Assembly (NCBI GenBank): GCA_963796955.1
Contig: CAWCNJ010000008.1
Coordinates: 288,001-352,000 of the forward strand
DNA: 64,000 nucleotides
Source: Endomicrobiales bacterium
GTDB lineage: Bacteria; Elusimicrobiota; Endomicrobiia; Endomicrobiales; JALOBY01
Reading direction: 5' to 3'
Part shown: positions 44,601-50,600 of the stretch, one piece after another
How the letters are laid out: each line of letters starts with the position of its first letter
Position numbering within the stretch: the stretch's first letter is position 1
Program-made: the position numbers and the translations under genes
Notes under the pieces: model-generated
Databases searched by the model: none
What the model was told of the DNA's origin: nothing
Seen by the model: the letters and a program-made list of their open reading frames with translations, nothing else

Positions 44601-47600
44601 CCTGACGGTATCTACCAGCGCGGTCTTCTTTGTGCAGAAAGACACCTCCGCCGTAACGATCACCAACAACGAAACAACCGGGCACTACTCCGCCTGGGTG
44701 AACGCCTCATCTTCGTATGATGTTGATATGCTTTCATCGGGAGCCTCCCTGCTCAGCGGCGCGCAATATTGCGCGTACACCGGCACGAACCGCACCGGCT
44801 CGCAGAGATTCGACTGGACGCCGCTGCCCGGTTTCACGGGCGGTACATCTTCGTTCACCACGAATTGGCAGCTGGCCCCCGCAGACTTCGCCCTGCTGTC
44901 GGACGGCACGGCCAACTGGATCTCGGTGCGCTGCTGGAATGTGGCACACGCGACGGCTACCGCCCTTGATGTGTTCTATGTAAGGAAAGACACGACACCG
45001 TCGACGGCGCCGGGGCTTGTAACTCCCACGGACGGCACAGCTTTGAATAACAACACCGTTTCATTTAGCTGGGGAACCGGCAGCGATACGGCATCGGGGA
45101 TAGCCGGTTATGAACTCTATGTCTCGACGACCGCATCATTTGCGGTCTTTACGACGTCGGCCCAGGCCGCCTCTACAATTAAAACGGTCCAGGTGCCCTC
45201 AGGCAGCTACTTCTGGTACGCGCGGGCTGTCGACGCGGCCGGCAACCGCTCACTCCTCGGCAGCTATTATTCATTGATCGTAGATACGATCGCCCCGACA
45301 GCGGTTCCCGCGCTGACGACACCTGCGAACAACATCAGCACCAATACCACAACGGTATCATTTAGCTGGCAGCAGGCCGCCGACACCATTTCAGGGGTCA
45401 AACAATATACTCTGCAGCTATCGACAGCGCCAGACTTCAGTGTTATCAATTTCAGTTCCGCCACTGCGACAAACGGCGCCTCGCTTTCCGTGGTGCAATC
45501 ATCCTACTCATGGCGCGTATTAGCTCAGGACGGCGCCGGCAATATCTCCGCGCCCAGCCAGGTATACAGCATTATTGTTGACTCGACCGCGCCGTCGGTC
45601 CCCATGCTCGTATCGCCCTTGACCGGCGGGGCCACGAACCAGCTTGCGGTACATTTCGACTGGAACGCGGTAAACGATACGCCCTCAGGCGTTGCGGACT
45701 ACGAACTCACGGCATCAACGGCGGCCGACTTCAGCGTCTTTACCGCCTCGATCGCCGTTGCGGGAATCGGCGACTTCCATGGCACTTCCGTCCAGGGTTT
45801 ACTTCTGGCACGTGCGGGCCATCGATAACGCAAGGAACCAGTCGGCATACTCAACCGCCTTCTCTTTGACCGTCGACAGCATCGCTCCGAACACCCCGGT
45901 GTTGTTGCAGCCGCTGGCCGCCAGCGCGACAAACTACGAGCCCATCGGGTTCAGCTGGTCACCTTCCGCCGACGCGCTGTCAGGCCTCAGCGCCTATGTG
46001 CTGCAGCTGGCTACCAGCACGGATTTCGCTTTGATCGCCTTCAGCTCGGTTACCGTCGCGACCAATGCTTCGCTTTCTCCGGTACAGTCATCCTATACCT
46101 GGCGTGTCATCGCCTATGATCAGGCCGGCAACGTAGCGGTCAGCACGCAGTCGTTCAGCGTTGTTTTCGACACAACCCCGCCCGCTGCGGTTGCCTTGCT
46201 GACAAGCCCGTCTAACCCGACCGTCTCCGGCAACACGCTCGTGCCGTTCAGCTGGACTGCAGCCCTAGACGATACTGCCGGTATCGCGAATTATACGATC
46301 GAACTCTCAACGGCACCGGATTTTTCACGCATCGCGATCTCATCGGTCACCGCCGCCACTGCGGCCACCATCACTGTCGTTGAATCATCTTACAGCTGGC
46401 GCGTGCGTTCGACCGACCGCGCGGGCAACACCAATACCGGTTCGCCGGTATACTCTCTGGTGATCGATACCGACGCGCCATCGATCGTCATAAACGAAGG
46501 CGCGCCGCTATGGACAAATTCGGGCAGGCCTTACGATGTTGATTTCTTTGATTATCTCTCGGGAGTGAATGTCGCATCATACACCGCAAGGACTGCACCG
46601 GGCCTCGGCGGAGCGCAATTGATCGCCTGGACAACGGTTTTCTTGAACCTGAATGCCCAGGCTTACACCACTGACTGGCCGGTTAATTTCAGCCTGCTTG
46701 CCCCGGGAACAAATTATATATCTGTCAGGGCCGCGGATATGCTGGGCAACACGTCGTCTTATACTGATGCGTTCAAAATTCTTAAGGATACCATCGCGCC
46801 TGCGAACATCACAAACCTTGCAGGCTTCACCGGTACCAACGCGGGCGAGATCAACCTGTCATGGACCGCTCCGGCGGATGACGCCCTGACCGATCCCGGC
46901 AACCGTCAAGTGAGCGCCTACATTATCAAATATAGTGCGGTTAATTTCACTGACATTAATAACTTCCTTACGAGCGGTACAACAGCGTACTCCTCTTTGA
47001 GCGCCCACACGGTTTCGTATAGCGAAACAACCACGATCACTACATTATCCGAAGGTTCTACATTCTATATAGGAATAATAGCCGTTGATAAAGCCGGCAA
47101 TTATTCTGCCGGCGTAAGCACCAGCGTCGCGGCATCAAAACGCGTTCCGCCCGGCGCGGTAACGACCCTTACCGCCGTTACCGGCGGGTTGCCCGGTGAG
47201 ATCGATATTTCCTGGCTTGCGCCCGCAGACAACGGCTATACCGGCGCGCCGGCGGCTGGCTATCTTATCAAATTCTCCACAACCCAGATAAACAGCGAGG
47301 CGACATTTATTTCTGCGACAACCTCAACCCTTTCGGGCACTTTCACGCCCGCCTCGCCGGGCTCGCCCGAATTGCGCACCATTCAGGGATTGATCACCAG
47401 CGCCACATACTATATCGCCCTGAAAGCGTATGATGCGGCCGGGAATTACAGCCTGCTTTCCACGACTGCTTCAGCGGCCGCCGCCCCCTCGGGGCCCGCG
47501 GAGGGTATGGCCGCCTTCGGCGAAGGATCGAATGCCGCGCCGCAATTCGCCTCGTGGACAGGGTCCTCATGGAACGCGTCCCAGGACGCTCTTTCCGGCG

Positions 47601-50600
47601 CCCCCAATACCAGATATCTGCGTTTGAAATCCTGTAACGTTCTGCGCGATCAGAAGATAATGGGCGCCTTAACCTACGACGGCACGACAGCGCCGGACGG
47701 TGACCTCTACGTTCAGGTATGGAACGGCCAGCTGGGTTCGTGGATAAATCCGACGACGGGGATCAGCGGGAGCGCGTACCGGATGAACGCAAACCAGGGC
47801 ACGCTATATAGCGCCTACCGCGGCTTTGATATCGCCTACGAACAGCTTTCAGGCAGGGCGCTGATCGTGTACAGCGACGGCGTTTCAGGCCAGGTTTCCT
47901 ACCGGGTTTGGAGCTCAACACAAAATGCCTGGTCAACCGGCGTTAAGACCCTCACCATGAGCGGTGCGACCGGCGATGCCTACTGGATAAAAACAAAGTC
48001 GCGCCCCGGGACCGACGACATATTGCTCGGTGTGCTTACCTCCAACAGCAATGTCTTTACCGCCGTGTGGCACGGCACCGGTGAATTCCTGAGCGTCAGC
48101 ACCCGCACCTGCTCTACCACGGCCTCGATCGCGACAAAAGAGGCCTTTGACGTCGATTGGGAAGCGCAGGATGGCAGGGGCATGATCGTCTGGGGTCAGG
48201 GTGCGGTAACGCCGTGGAACCGTTATGACCTGTGGTCGTCATCCAACAGCGCCTGGCTGTCGGGCTCCGCGATACCGACCGGCTACACCGGCCCGATAAC
48301 CGGCGCGACCGTCAACTGGCTTTCAATAGCCGCCGATCCCAACTCGAACCGCATAGCGCTCTCAAGCGAGGACAGCGCTAACGACTGGAACGTAACCGTC
48401 TGGAGCGGCTCAGCGTGGGCAACTTCAACGGAACTGACCGCAAATGATTCCTCCATTACCTCGCGCTGCGGCGATATCGCCTGGGAAAAGAGCTCCGGTT
48501 ATGCCATGGTCTGCGGCGTTCAGGCGAGCTCCGGCACATTTAACTGGTCGCGCTATAACGGCACCAGTTGGACGACCTTATCAGGCGCCAGTGTGGACAC
48601 CTATAAATGGTCGGACATTCTTGGGTACATAGAGCTGTACCCGGATCCCAACACTAACAACATAGTTCTGCTTGGCCTTGACCGCGCCGGCACGCTACGC
48701 ACGCGCACATGGAACGGCACCGCCTGGACAGGCGGTTCAGTGTTGTCAACTCTTGTTTCAGGATGGACGGTAGGCACGATCGCCGCTTATCAGCCGGCCG
48801 AACTCGCCCTGGACTTGCAGGACTCAATAGCCCCGACCATTGCCAACAACCAGACGGGCGATACCGCATGGCGCAACGCCTCGGGCCTCTACCGTGTCTC
48901 CTTTACCGATTCGGGAGGATCGCATCTTTCACAGGTACGCACCTCTGTCTATACCGGTCCCGCGTCAGGCCAGAGAGGTAACCAGCTGAAGGATTATTCC
49001 AACGGAGGGCCTGATATCAGCGGTATCAACAGCGACACGTACAACACCAACTGGCCGCTTACACAAAACACCTGGAGCCTTTTACAAAACGGCACAAACT
49101 ATATTTCGATAATGGTTTACGATAACGCGGCCAATCAGACTGAGCTGCTGGATGCCTTCTATGTGCTTAAAGACACCATCGCGCCGGTAATAACCAACAA
49201 TGAAAGCCAAACGCCGGTGTGGGAAAATACCGGCCGTCCTTACAACATCTCTTTTGCCGATCAGGCTAACCTGTCTAAGCTGGATACCGTGCAGTACACC
49301 GCTTACAGCGCGCCGGCCCAGGGCGGAACACAAATTATGCCATGGACGTCGATCGCTAACGTCAATAATACCGTGTCGCTCAGCGCCTTGAACCTGAACT
49401 ATAACCTGCTGTCCGCCAACACGAACTACATATCGATACGGGCATGGGATATCGCGGGCACGACCACCGCAGTAATAGACGCATTCATCCTGCTGAAGGA
49501 TACTCAGCCGCCGGCGAATACGACCACCCTTGCGGCTGTGCAGGGGCCTTATCGCGGCACGATCGACGTTTCCTGGATAGCGCCCGGCGACGACGGTACG
49601 ACCGTATTTAACGGTAACGGCCTCTATGACCTGCGCGTAGCTTCTTACCCTATCAGCTCGCAGCCGCTGTTTGACTCAGCAACGGTCTATGCCCTCTTGA
49701 AACCCGTCGCGCAGCCTGGCGCCATAGAATCGCTTACGGTCACCGGCCTGTCGGTGGGGACTACTTATTACTTCGCGCTGCGCACCAGGGATAAGGTCCC
49801 TAACTATTCCGCGATATCCAACACCGCCGGTGCCTTCCCGCGGGGCGAAAGCGTCTACATAAATGAAGTATTCGCTGCAGGCAACGGCAGCTGGGTAGAG
49901 CTCTATAACAATCTGGCTTCCAGCGTTTCGCTTTCCGGATGGACGCTGCAATACAACGGCGGGACCATCGATGCGCCGGCGACATACAACACCGTCTGGA
50001 CGGCGGTAGCAGGAAGCTCTATACCCGTCGGCGGTATATATGTTATCAGCGGCCTTAACCTGTCGGGGTCCAACAGCTATCATGTCAGGCTTTTAGACAA
50101 CAACGCAGCGCCCCGCATAGTTGATATAGTCCAGTGGCCGGTGCTGCCGGCCGGCTCGAGTTTCGCGCGTATTACCGACGGCAATCCCGCTTTACTCGAG
50201 ATAGACCCTACGCCGACGCCCGGGCTGCTTAATTATTCAACCAGCACAGCGGTCTTCATAAATGAAATAGACTACGCCTCAAACGCTCAGTTCGTGGAAC
50301 TGTACAGCACTTCCGCATCTGTGATAACGATGTCCAGCTACACGATCCGCAACATGAACAGGAATCCGTTCACGTTCACGCGCAAGATCTATCCCTCGGC
50401 CTTTACCGTGATCGACAACTCGTCTGTTGATACCTACGCCAGGACCTGGGCAACGTGCATGGGCGGCGCTTTATCATCATCGTGCGATAACATCACACTT
50501 GAAAACGCATCAGGCCAGGTTCAGGACCGCGTTGTCTGGTGCAATGGCACACCCAGCTACTACAATTATAAAGCAGCGTTGGTACCGTATGATACGCCGG

